Source: Lepidodermella squamata
Taxonomy: Eukaryota > Animalia > Gastrotricha
Assembly (NCBI GenBank): GCA_047495785.1
Contig: JBLDXI010000046.1
Span: forward strand, 1,757,301-1,821,300
DNA: 64,000 nt
Reading direction: 5' to 3'
Position numbers and translations under genes: made by a program. Shown piece after piece: positions 39,683 through 50,000 of this stretch; the stretch's first letter is position 1; each line of letters opens with the position of its first letter. The notes under the pieces are model-generated. The model worked only from the letters and a program-made list of their open reading frames with translations, did not search any database and was not told the DNA's origin.

Positions 39683-42352
39683 ATGATAAGTTTTCCTCTA
39701 ATAACGTTTTTGTTGTTCTGCTGCGCCCATTTCACGCTATGCTATCGGCCATCTACCATTCAATCATCAAATGCATGTGATACGCCGTGTAAAATATATA
39801 AGCCTTGGTTTTCAGCTGATTATTTCTACTGCTTTGTCGAACCTGTTGATTCAATTTACGGCGGCAAATTTGTCATCGAAGAACGGCACTACTGCTCTCC
39901 TCTAGAAAATGTCGACTTTCATGGAAATGCATGCAAACGGGACCATCCTTGTGGCTATCATGGCGAAGACTATACATGGTGTTATTTATCGGAAGGTTCC
40001 TGGGGTTATTGCTCTTTAGGCAACGTTTCATCGACGCCAATTGTTGCCGACAACGGATATTACTGCTCCTCCACTTCAGAGTGTAAAGGTCCTGACTTTC
40101 ATTGTTCCACTCGTAACGGTAGAGAGACAAGCAGCTGTGAACCAGGCAAAACAGATCATGTATGGGAGGACATCACGCTTTCTAAATGCTCTGTTGGTAA
40201 TCCCGGTTTTGCCATCTATAGTGCTCGACTGTCTATATTTGACGAGAAACCAATTTTGAGTTTGCCGCTATGCGACACGTTCCCGAATATAATGCTAGCT
40301 GATGGAAGAAATATTGGTCGCCATTTTCAATGCGGCCTTGAAAACTATAAAGATGTTATTGCGGAGTTTGAGACACCCTTTGATGTAGCGCTAGACCCGA
40401 AGTCAATTAGCAAAACAGATTCATCCTGTTACAGCAATGAGTGGGACGACACTTGCTCTGATCAAGATTCTGCCACAGGTCTGAGTCGCCCTAAAAGATC
40501 CCAAAAATGCCCTGGAGGCGATCAAAACACCGATTACTATTCAATCTCAGTCATACTGGCATTGATTCAGGCTCTCATAAACCAAAATCAACAGCCTATT
40601 TCACCCGAAAGCATACAAACACCTCGTGTGACACCTCGTTATACCCACGATTTTGTCGGCATCGAACAGACATCGAATTCATTTCGATACAATGGTAGAT
40701 ACGTTTTCAGATTTTTGCGCAGTGATATTCAAGAGCAACACATACAAGCGAGAAGGAATGGCTATCAACGAAAGCCTGATGAAGGCGACGGTCGTAACGG
40801 CCTAAGACCAGCTAATCCCAACGCAAGGTATACGCTTTTCCAGCACGTTTCAAACGGAGGACTTTCAACGCAGTTTATTTCAACAACCACTGATTTTGGA
40901 CGAACGCTACGTTTAGCTGCAGATCAGGCTTTAGAATATTTTAGCTCAGAATCTGTCTTAAATAATGGTCGAGGATTCAGTCGGTACTTCGTACAAATCG
41001 ATACTCGTGACTTGATAATCAACGATCTAACTAACGTTGTAACGGCTGAACGCAGCCTATCTAGCATTTATACTCCTTACTACGACGCGTATAGCAGAGT
41101 CGTTCGTCTAGCACGCAGCTGGTCGGAAATTGTCATTGAAGGCGAAGTTCCCCCTGAAAACATTGCCGGGATATTTGAAGTTTGCGCCGTCAACAGTACT
41201 CATGTTGTTGTAGTAGTTCATCGTGAAAGTCACCGTGATCTAATGAGACGCGATGAGATGCCAAACACTGTTGTTTGCAAAGCGGAAGACTTGCCAGTAA
41301 CACTACAAAATGGCTGGTTTGAAACACGTGAAGACCGTATCCCCGGAACATCAACGGCTTTTCAATGCAATTTTGGTTTCATAAAGTCAGGAACTTCACT
41401 TCCGGTAATAAAATGCCTGCCCGATGGAACTTGGTCTTCATTGCCTATTTGCGAGTCGATCATTGGTAGATGGAGCACAGTTTTAAAAACTGAGGGTTTT
41501 GACGAAATAATTGCATATTCGAGAAGCTACCCAGCTAATTTCGAAACTTTGATGCCTCAATTGATGACTGAACTTCATAATTCGCATCATCTTCTCACTC
41601 GATTTTTGGCTTTTCTCCCGCAATTGAATGATCAGCCGTTCATTGTTGCCCTCGACGGCTTCAATGTGAATTTCAGAACCGCCTTTTCATGGGAGTACGA
41701 CACATTATCGGCTATCACAAAGCGAATAGACGAGATTCGCTACAACGACTTGCCTGAACGCTATAGATTGATAATGGCAAGTATTAAACGGCAACTTGGT
41801 AGCAGTTTTTCCTTCTTGTTCTTAGATGGTTTTGGTGACAATAAATGTGCTGCAGGTTCGCGTCAATTTGAAGTTGGTTACATTAAGTTTCCTGAAGGTT
41901 ACGCCTCTCGACGTTTACATCTTTGTTTGCGGGGCCAATTCGATCCAGAAGGAGCTTTCGGAGGCGTTTATCAGTCATGCCCCAGTGATGTAACGCACGC
42001 TAGTCGTCCAAATCCCGTCACTGGAAGTTACAACTGCCCGAACGGTACAACGAGTTCTATATCGTTCAGAGTGATGCCTGGCGATACACATCTTTGGTCG
42101 GGATGCACACAACACATATGCTTCAACTACGTTCCAGGTGGAAGCCTGGGAGGCTTTTATCAGATAGTTGATTTGAATGGCAAGAAAAACAACGTTGTTA
42201 ACCCAGTAACTGGACAATTCAATTGTCCCGACGGTTACGTCAGCAATAAGTTTGGCCGCGTAATGGCACCTGATTATTACACATGGGGAACAAATCAATT
42301 TATTTGCCTCCGGAAAATTCGGTCTTTGAACTTCGAACTTCAAAATTCATAA
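39683..42352 (+). CDS. Intronless secreted multidomain protein: signal peptide, Cys-rich repeats, furin site, ADP-ribosyltransferase toxin-like domain, sushi/CCP, MPEG1(P2)-like C-terminal repeats
   Basis: Single ORF of 889 aa from ATG 39683. Signal peptide MISFPLITFLLFCCAHFTLC; HPCGYHGEDYTWCY...WGYC; RPKR at 40487-40498; YVFRFLRSD / FISTTTD / WSEIVIEGEVPPENI; CCP C..FQCNFGF...CLPDGTWSSLPIC; FGGVYQSC...NPVTGSYNCP and GGFYQ...NPVTGQFNCPDGY. Confidence 0.8.
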   Translation: MISFPLITFLLFCCAHFTLCYRPSTIQSSNACDTPCKIYKPWFSADYFYCFVEPVDSIYGGKFVIEERHYCSPLENVDFHGNACKRDHPCGYHGEDYTWCYLSEGSWGYCSLGNVSSTPIVADNGYYCSSTSECKGPDFHCSTRNGRETSSCEPGKTDHVWEDITLSKCSVGNPGFAIYSARLSIFDEKPILSLPLCDTFPNIMLADGRNIGRHFQCGLENYKDVIAEFETPFDVALDPKSISKTDSSCYSNEWDDTCSDQDSATGLSRPKRSQKCPGGDQNTDYYSISVILALIQALINQNQQPISPESIQTPRVTPRYTHDFVGIEQTSNSFRYNGRYVFRFLRSDIQEQHIQARRNGYQRKPDEGDGRNGLRPANPNARYTLFQHVSNGGLSTQFISTTTDFGRTLRLAADQALEYFSSESVLNNGRGFSRYFVQIDTRDLIINDLTNVVTAERSLSSIYTPYYDAYSRVVRLARSWSEIVIEGEVPPENIAGIFEVCAVNSTHVVVVVHRESHRDLMRRDEMPNTVVCKAEDLPVTLQNGWFETREDRIPGTSTAFQCNFGFIKSGTSLPVIKCLPDGTWSSLPICESIIGRWSTVLKTEGFDEIIAYSRSYPANFETLMPQLMTELHNSHHLLTRFLAFLPQLNDQPFIVALDGFNVNFRTAFSWEYDTLSAITKRIDEIRYNDLPERYRLIMASIKRQLGSSFSFLFLDGFGDNKCAAGSRQFEVGYIKFPEGYASRRLHLCLRGQFDPEGAFGGVYQSCPSDVTHASRPNPVTGSYNCPNGTTSSISFRVMPGDTHLWSGCTQHICFNYVPGGSLGGFYQIVDLNGKKNNVVNPVTGQFNCPDGYVSNKFGRVMAPDYYTWGTNQFICLRKIRSLNFELQNS

Positions 42353-42526
42353 GATTTTCATAAGATTTAATATCCCACTATTTCCCTCCCTAGCCTTGTA
42401 GTCGAACCCATATCTTGAATCGAATTATATTTCAGGTTGCATTATTAGCAGCTTGATTTAGCAGCAGAATCCTACAATAAAACAAACAAAAATGTCACAG
42501 CAAGTTTACTCAGCCTTATTATCTTT

Positions 42527-43255
42527 GGGGTTAGGGTTAGTATGGTTAGTGCTACGGTCCTTCGGTTCAATGTATTGTAAATTTTCAAGCAAAACTTTCC
42601 ACCCCGTGACCAAATTGTCACGGAGGTTCGTGCTGGTCATTGAGGCGCAGGCTTGACGCCACGCGTTGACGAATTCTTCGCGCGGTTCGCCGAGGTTGAT
42701 GCCGCGGGCCTTGCGGATGACCGAAACGGAGCTGCCTTGACCGCAGACGCTGTTGAAGGCGCGAGCGGTGTAGAGCGGTAGCGAGTCGGGGTCGCAGTAG
42801 CGGAACGCTTGCGACGCGTCCTTGTAGGCGAAGTACGCGGCACCTGCGTGAACCCAGCCGGAGCGGAGACGAAGCGAGGTGACGGTGGCGGCGGCGAAAA
42901 TGTCCCGTTCTTCAACGACTTTCGGGTCGTCGAGCGAGTCTGTAGGAAAGAATTTGTGCATGCCATTAATAAAATTTCTCTCATGTGGCGTGTAGCCGCC
43001 GCTGTTCACGGCCGTGCTAATGCGCGCACGAATAATAAAATGATTAATGAATGATGCAAGCTTGGCCTGATATCGCTCGAGGATATCGTGACGGTGCTGC
43101 TGATCGAGGCGTTGACGACGATCGATGGGCGGTGGTGGCGGAGGCGGCGGTGGCGCGTTTTTCGGAGCACGATTGCTCGACGCGTAGCGGTCTTCGCGGT
43201 AGCGGTAGCGGTCTTCGCGGTCTTGATGACGGTCTTCACGGTACTGGCAACAGTC
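42527..43255 (-). mobile_element. Fragment of a second, divergent family of the telomere-associated Penelope-like element (ORF1 N-terminal domain only)
   Basis: The frame is open across the fragment and aligns by eye to ORF1 at 56152-58647: QHRHDILERYQAKLASFINHFIIRARISTA vs EHRQDLLDRFREKLNNFIHHFFILAKLATA; T.HE..KFFP; DA.QA..YC.P; R.FN.V; V.RK; GW; DRS...NPN. Confidence 0.85.
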
Positions 43256-43293
43256 GGGGTGGGTTAGGGTTAGGGTTAGGGTTAGGGTTAGGG
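43256..43293 (+). repeat. Interstitial telomeric tract (TTAGGG)5 capping the fragment
   Basis: ggggtgggttagggttagggttagggttagggttaggg directly abuts the 5'-truncated end of the ORF1 fragment. Confidence 0.92.
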
Positions 43294-44064
43294 CCGATCA
43301 TTGGCCGATCTCCAGTCAAGACTTTGCGGTTTTGATGAGTTTTAATTTTCGTTATTTTTATGCGAGCAAGCTATTCATTTTATCGGTGCATCACGGGATG
43401 GAGGATTGCCTCTCTGGTCTTTTTTACAGGTTCATTTTTTTCTGACTTGTTCTGTGACTTTCCAGAACATTCTTTTCTTCATGTTCGGGAAGGATAGGTT
43501 TTGGTTGGGAAATTCATGTAATGTGAATGTCTTGCATACTCTTGCTCACTCTTTGAGTACAGCGAAAATGGTGTAAATTGAAAATATTACACGAAACAGG
43601 CGGAATTCGTCAAGTTTTCCAGGTGGAATCTCTCGGAAATGCATTCGGAAATGCTGAAAAACGATTTCCTTGCAACTTGTTTAAAACCTGGCTAAAATGC
43701 TTGAATCCTGCACGACATAACTTGAGTTAGAATGCCGGATGTAGCCTGATTCCGGATGTATTTAAAATCACAGCCTCATTAAAATCGGTCATCAGATTTT
43801 TCTTAATTGCACACAACATTACATCTGAAAACGACAAAATTCTCCATATAACGCGGAATTTTCTGTGAAAAATTGTGAATCTTAGGACGGTCATATCAAC
43901 TATTTTCATGAACAAACTAGTTAAAATGTTGAATAAAAATGAGCTGCGATGCAAGCGGTGACTAGCCAACAAAATAGAAAGCATGTAATAGAATGTAATA
44001 AGCCACCGATTTAGATTACATTTGCGAAGAGTCCACGTTAAATTACTAGTTTAATCACATTTTA

Positions 44065-47000
44065 TCATACAAGTTCACCGAGCGCAATAAGCAGTTCGTC
44101 AAAGGACGGTCGCTCTGTTTCAGGACATTTCCAGCACGGCAGCATTATCTCGTTGTACCTATGCATTGTTTAAAATTTATATATTTTCGTAAATTAAAAA
44201 TTTGGCGAGCCAATTGCACATCCTGAAATTGAGACCCTAGCAGTAAATTTACGATAAATTCAGTTGCGATGACCACGTTAGATGAGCTATGGTATCAATT
44301 CCAGAATCGATATCGATTGCACTTATCGATTTCACAAATCAGTGATTTTTCGATATCGGAAGCTCAGAAGTAATGGTACCAGAGAGTTTTGGGCTTCTAA
44401 AACTAAGAGTCACGGAACATCACAGAGAGTATCATTAGTAAAAGAGACTAGACAAACGGGAAATTCCAGATTGTCGTGAAAAATAGTGCTGAAACCCTTA
44501 TAATCAATGCTGGAATTTCAATTTCAGTGGTGCACTTATTCAGACTCTTGAAAAACCACTAACATGATTTCAGGACAAAGATCAGGCTTGCCCAGCCGCA
44601 GTCCGTTCGACACTTGAACGATAACTTCAAAATTATTCAGCTCAGCGTAAGGCTCATCTCGGCAAACTAGTTATCAATAAATTTCTGTATACGCAATTCA
44701 CTTTTAAGGTTAAATTCAATCTTACGAGTGTAAATCTCCCACATAACGACGCCGAAAGACCATACATCACTTTTTGGGAGAAAAACCTGCGAACAGAGCG
44801 ATTCGGGAGGGTACCAGCGTAAAGGAATCAAGCAGCCGCGCGCATCGTTAGATCGATAGTACTCATGATCAGGTGGAATTACTCGAGACAATCCAAAGTC
44901 AGAAATCTTCAAAATGCAATTATTCGACACCAAAATATTGCGACACGCCAAGTCTCTGTGAAGGCAATTACGGGAGGAGAGATAAGCCATTCCACGGCAG
45001 ATTTGAATGACGAAATCGAGCAGTTGTTTCTGCGCCAAGTTTTTAACTTCCAATGTAGCGAGATGGCTTCGTAGATAGCCTTTTTCCATAACAGGGACAA
45101 CAATGTTAGGATGGCCGTCGATGAACGCTATGCCTATAAGTGGAAGGATATTTTCGTGGTCGAATTCCTTCATAAGAAGTGCTTCTTTGACGAATGAAAT
45201 CAAGTCGCTACTTGCTCCGGGTAGGACGGTCTTAACAGCAACTTCAGCTAGTTCACACCCTGGATTTTGGAGATAAGCCTTATGAACCGCCCCAAATGTC
45301 CCGTGGCCGATTAACTCTTCGATTTTCAGCCATGAGCATGGAATATTCATTGTCGCGATTTTCGGAGTCAAATCCCGAGCTTCAACTGATGCCTCAAGAT
45401 ATTGTTCGAAATCACGGAATGGCATTATATAATCAGGATCTGGAATGTTTTCTAGTTTTTCCTGCTTCTTAATAAAGGATTTTCGGACTCTCATCATGAA
45501 GCACCAAGTTGCGATTCCGATTAAAACTAGTGCTAAGCCGGTTACTGCGAATGCTAGGATTATGGTGATATCAGCTTATAAAAAAAGATAATTAGAGGTG
45601 CAAGTGTTTGAAGAATCATTCTTACGAGTAGGAGGATCTGCTGATGTAAAAGCACTGTCGATCTCAGAATCTGTCGAAGCTGGAAAATCGGTAGGTGTTA
45701 CGTTTATAGGGCTGTTTAGGGATTTTGGACATTCCAGGCCTGAAACTGTCATTGAACTGCAGGCTACAGTTTGTTGGATCCAGCTGTTAAGGCGATGTAA
45801 ATTCAGAAAACGGATGTACTTAGACGAGGAGCAGTTTTCACTTCCAAGGTACATTCCTACCTAGAAATGGTCAAGTAAATGTAAGCCATAACGTAGCCGT
45901 ATTCAGGTACTTATCAAATTTCTAAATTTACTAATTGAATTTTGGATAAGGTCAGGAGAAGGTCTCCGATTCCCCGTATTTCAAACATGGGAATACTAAC
46001 TTGCTCAAATAGGAAAATTGCAAGTGTTTTGTCATAATTCGGAGAAATCCAAGGGAATTGCTGGCCTAGCATTATTTCACCCTGAAGCTTCAGAATTTTA
46101 GAATTTTCAATTTTCATTTTCAATTTCAAGCAACCAGCTCGACGTCTCAAATTTGCTATAACTTGGATTCGCCCAAGATCCCTTGTGCGAAACTTTAGGG
46201 GAAGAAACTGTTTTTCATGGGCTTTCCAACGTTGTAAGATATGTAGAAATCGGAGCCAAAATGACTGCGCTGCGTAGAAATAAAGTCTGCTCAACATTTA
46301 TGCCCCATACTGTATATTTAGAAGCTTTTACTCAATTTTCATCATAATTTGAAGATAATTTTTCAGCATTCAAATAGACACCTGGGAAGGTTTGTTTCTT
46401 CCCTGAATTTTTTCCCTCCTACTCTGTATGGGACCAGGCGTTGAAGTAAACTCACCAAAACAGCCCGATAATCGACACCGCGTACATAATCCAGATCAGC
46501 GTCCAACCTCAGTATGGAGCCTTCTACCAAGTCACACGGTTGAAACGGAATATTCTTATCATAGATCGGTTGATAGCACAAATACATGTCACTTTCACAT
46601 CCTGGTATTGCAGTTGTAAGACTTCCAGGTCGGTACTTGTAAACTGCGTCATTGAGGCACGGTCTTGCAATGCTCGACGAGCATCCACCGAGAAGGTAAA
46701 TAGCAACATTTTGTTCCCACCAAAGGTCTACCGTTTCAACGTGCTTTGTGAATAGGCCTATGTTGTTAGTTACTTTTGGATTGATCTCAGCTCTCTTATC
46801 CAGCCTGATTATGGCAACCCCGCTATTTGCGCCAATAATTTGAACAGATGAATTTGAGAGGGATAAAGCGCATTTTTCAGTCGTTAAAAAGTTATGCTCG
46901 TCCAAAATTGCAGCGCTACATGTCTCGGTGGCTGGTTGAAGGTAGGGAAACCATGAACTCGGCGCTTCGCCTTTCGCATAGCCTCCAGTTATTTTAATCG

Positions 47001-50000
47001 ACAACGGCTGGCCAGCCATGAATTTAGGAGAAATTTTCAGACGACATCCATCGTGCACTTGCAACAACTCATCAAATTTCAAAGATGTTACGTAAATCGA
47101 TAGGCAGGAGATGCCGTCCAATCCATTCCCACTCAAAGTCAAGTTTACCATCGAAGTAGGCTTGAATGTCGTCTCGTTGGTGGAATACAACAAACCAAAG
47201 TTGTTGTAAATAAAAAGCTCTTTCAGATCGCTAATGACACTTATAAATGCCCACTCGTCGTCTGACACTGCCTTCACGAGAGGAAAATTTGTCATCCTGT
47301 TTTGAAGGTTTAAATTGCCCTGGTCATCTATCCATAAGTTGAGAGAGTAACTTTGCAAGTTCAGAAGATCTCGAGCGATCTTGCGAGCATTTTTCAGCAG
47401 GAAAAACGAAACTGTTACTCCAGAACTTGCTTCAACGGGAAGTTCCACTTCGGTAATGCGGACGAGGTCCTTAGAAACTTTAACGCCTGCGTTTTCGACT
47501 CCAAACGGCCCTGTTATGAAATCAGTCGCTTCGTGCTCGCTTCGGAATCTAAGTGGTCCCATATCGCGGTTCCCGCTCGCTTTGTCAAACGGCCATACAG
47601 CAATGAGAGAATAAGGTTTGGCGTATGGTAAATCTTAAAAAAACAAGTCATCATAGGACAGTAAAGGTATGTAATAGGCATATAGAGAAAGATAAGATCA
47701 GACAGAGTAAGAACTCCCAGTAGAAATTTGAGTTGCTCTTTGAGATGGCGCAAAATTTGAGGACGGAAAATACTCATGGGCAAAACAGTAACTAAAATGA
47801 CAGAACCCCCTTAATTATAACAGCCATTCCGCGAGTCATCTTGAAAAAAATTGTCCGGCCTAAAATTTTGATTGATCTTGAAGAGCAACTCGAATTTGAT
47901 CAGCCTGCAAACGGGCATGAAAATCGAGGTGAGACGATTAGAGATTAGAGAAATCTTATTGCAAAATTAATTTTAAGGAGGAGTCCTTACTCTGATCATT
48001 TCTTTCTCTATGGAGATAGGCTTACCCAGCGAAATCGAGAAAATGTCGATAGCGTCTGAATTTATAAGCTGCTCAACTTGGGAGCTAACTTCTGCCTCGG
48101 ATTTGTAGCCTCTGTACTTCAGCGCTAGATAAACGGGAACTTTGAATGTCACGAGGATCCGTTCGCATTTCAAAGCGCCGCATTTGACTTGGTAGCTGCT
48201 TATTTCAATTATTCTAGCTGTTGACTTGCGTGACACGTTGGCCGAGCTTATTAAACCGTTAATCTTGAAACAAGTACAAAATATTGAAGAGTGGGCCTCG
48301 TGCTAATGAACCGCCAAAATTGAGATTACTCAATAATTCCTTTAGAGGACTGCGCACGATCTTGAGAGGATAAAAATTTTGAAAATACCTCCTTATACTC
48401 GAAGGTTCAGAGTTCAGAGTTTTCTTAATACTTTCATAGCCAACCGAGAAACTAGCCGTATCGTGGGCTCTATTTTACATAGTACTCGGGAGGAAGCTGT
48501 TACCCTCTTCGTTTTACGTGTGTAAACACCCCTAAAAAATGCGAAAAATCACATAGGAAGAGCGATTTCGCGAAAATAAAAAATCTATCTTAAAACTAAA
48601 AAGCGAAAAATGTGCAATCTGGTTATGTATTCTGAACCGCGTTGCTAAAAGCGCAATTTTTTAGAGTTTCTAAGCCGGCTTCTGTGTCCGGAACATTAAA
48701 AAATTAGCGAATCTTTGAGAATCATTCGCTTCAACTCATCTAAGTAGGGATGTTAATTATTTTGATGATTACCAAAAATGCATTTTCTTTGCGATTTTGG
48801 AATATAAACTGAGATGACTAGAAGGCTTTTCTCGTGATTGCAAGGTGTTGACCTTGTAGTAAACATTATCAATCTATCTTTGCTCTGCCGAAATAATCAG
48901 ACGATAGGGCGTTCGACGGTCGCAGCACAGTTTGCAATCGTTTTTCTCGCTCCGCTCGAAAAAATTCAAGTTCTATAGCACACTGCCTACGTGCTACGTG
49001 TGTGCTACGTTCGGCCTATCTCGCTTTGCTCGATCGAAAACCTTGCCCTGTGATGCTCGCTTTGCTCGCGTTCCGCGGCAAGGTTTTCGGTCGCTGAAAT
49101 GCATTGCTCGCTTCGCTCGCGCCTTTTAAAAAATCCAACTTAAAAGTGTTATTATGCAAAATTACTATGTTTACTATGTTTACTATTTACCTTGCGAACG
49201 CCACAGCCGATTAGCCGTTCAGCTCTTCGAATTATCAGCTAAACCGCCATCGAAAACTTGAAAATTCGCGAACGTTTCAATAGAGCAAAAATCACCAATT
49301 TTAGAATTCATAACACCCCACGTTAATTTCGATTAGAATAACAGGATTTTTTATACATTTCATGTTATCACGGAAGAGGTGACAGAAAAGCTGCATTTAA
49401 AAAAGGGCTATTTTCATTGCTAAGCTAAAGCAAAAGATTGGAAATTTGAAATAAAACTATCAAGGCGGATTTTTTATTTCCTAAATTTGCATGTTGCTGG
49501 TGCTGGTGTTAGTAATTTTTACCCTGTTTTATCAGGTTAGGTGACAGCTTCCCCTCGAGCAATATGTACAATAAACCGCATAATAACCCTCGGCTCGCCT
49601 TGTTGCGAAGCGCAGTCGTAGGCGTGGAGGGCGAGGTGGACGTAGCCGCGGACAGGAAACCATCGAAGGAATATTGCCAGCGGATTAAAAAATGTGTTCA
49701 ATTTACTTGGTACAGTGAAACCCCGATTTGGCGTCATCTACGGGCCGGCCAAAAAATCGGGCGGGAAATCCGAAAAGACGGATAATCCGGGTCAATTTAC
49801 ATGCAATGCTATGCTGCGGGGAAAAACGAAGATTTTTCATCCCCTTATCTTTTGCATACCCGGATTTCCCGTAGACGGAAAATAAAAGGACGCCAAATCG
49901 GGGTTTCACTGTATATTGATCAAATCTTGGCAAGATGAAAAAAGACGTTGGCACAGAAAAAGATGTTGGCAAGATGAAAAAGACACAGCCCCCCTAGGGC

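Noticed and set aside
39608-42352. Bacterial contamination as the source of the toxin-like ORF
   Set aside because: It has a eukaryotic-type signal peptide, sushi and MPEG1-like domains and a downstream AATAAA (~42476), and is contiguous with intron-containing animal genes.
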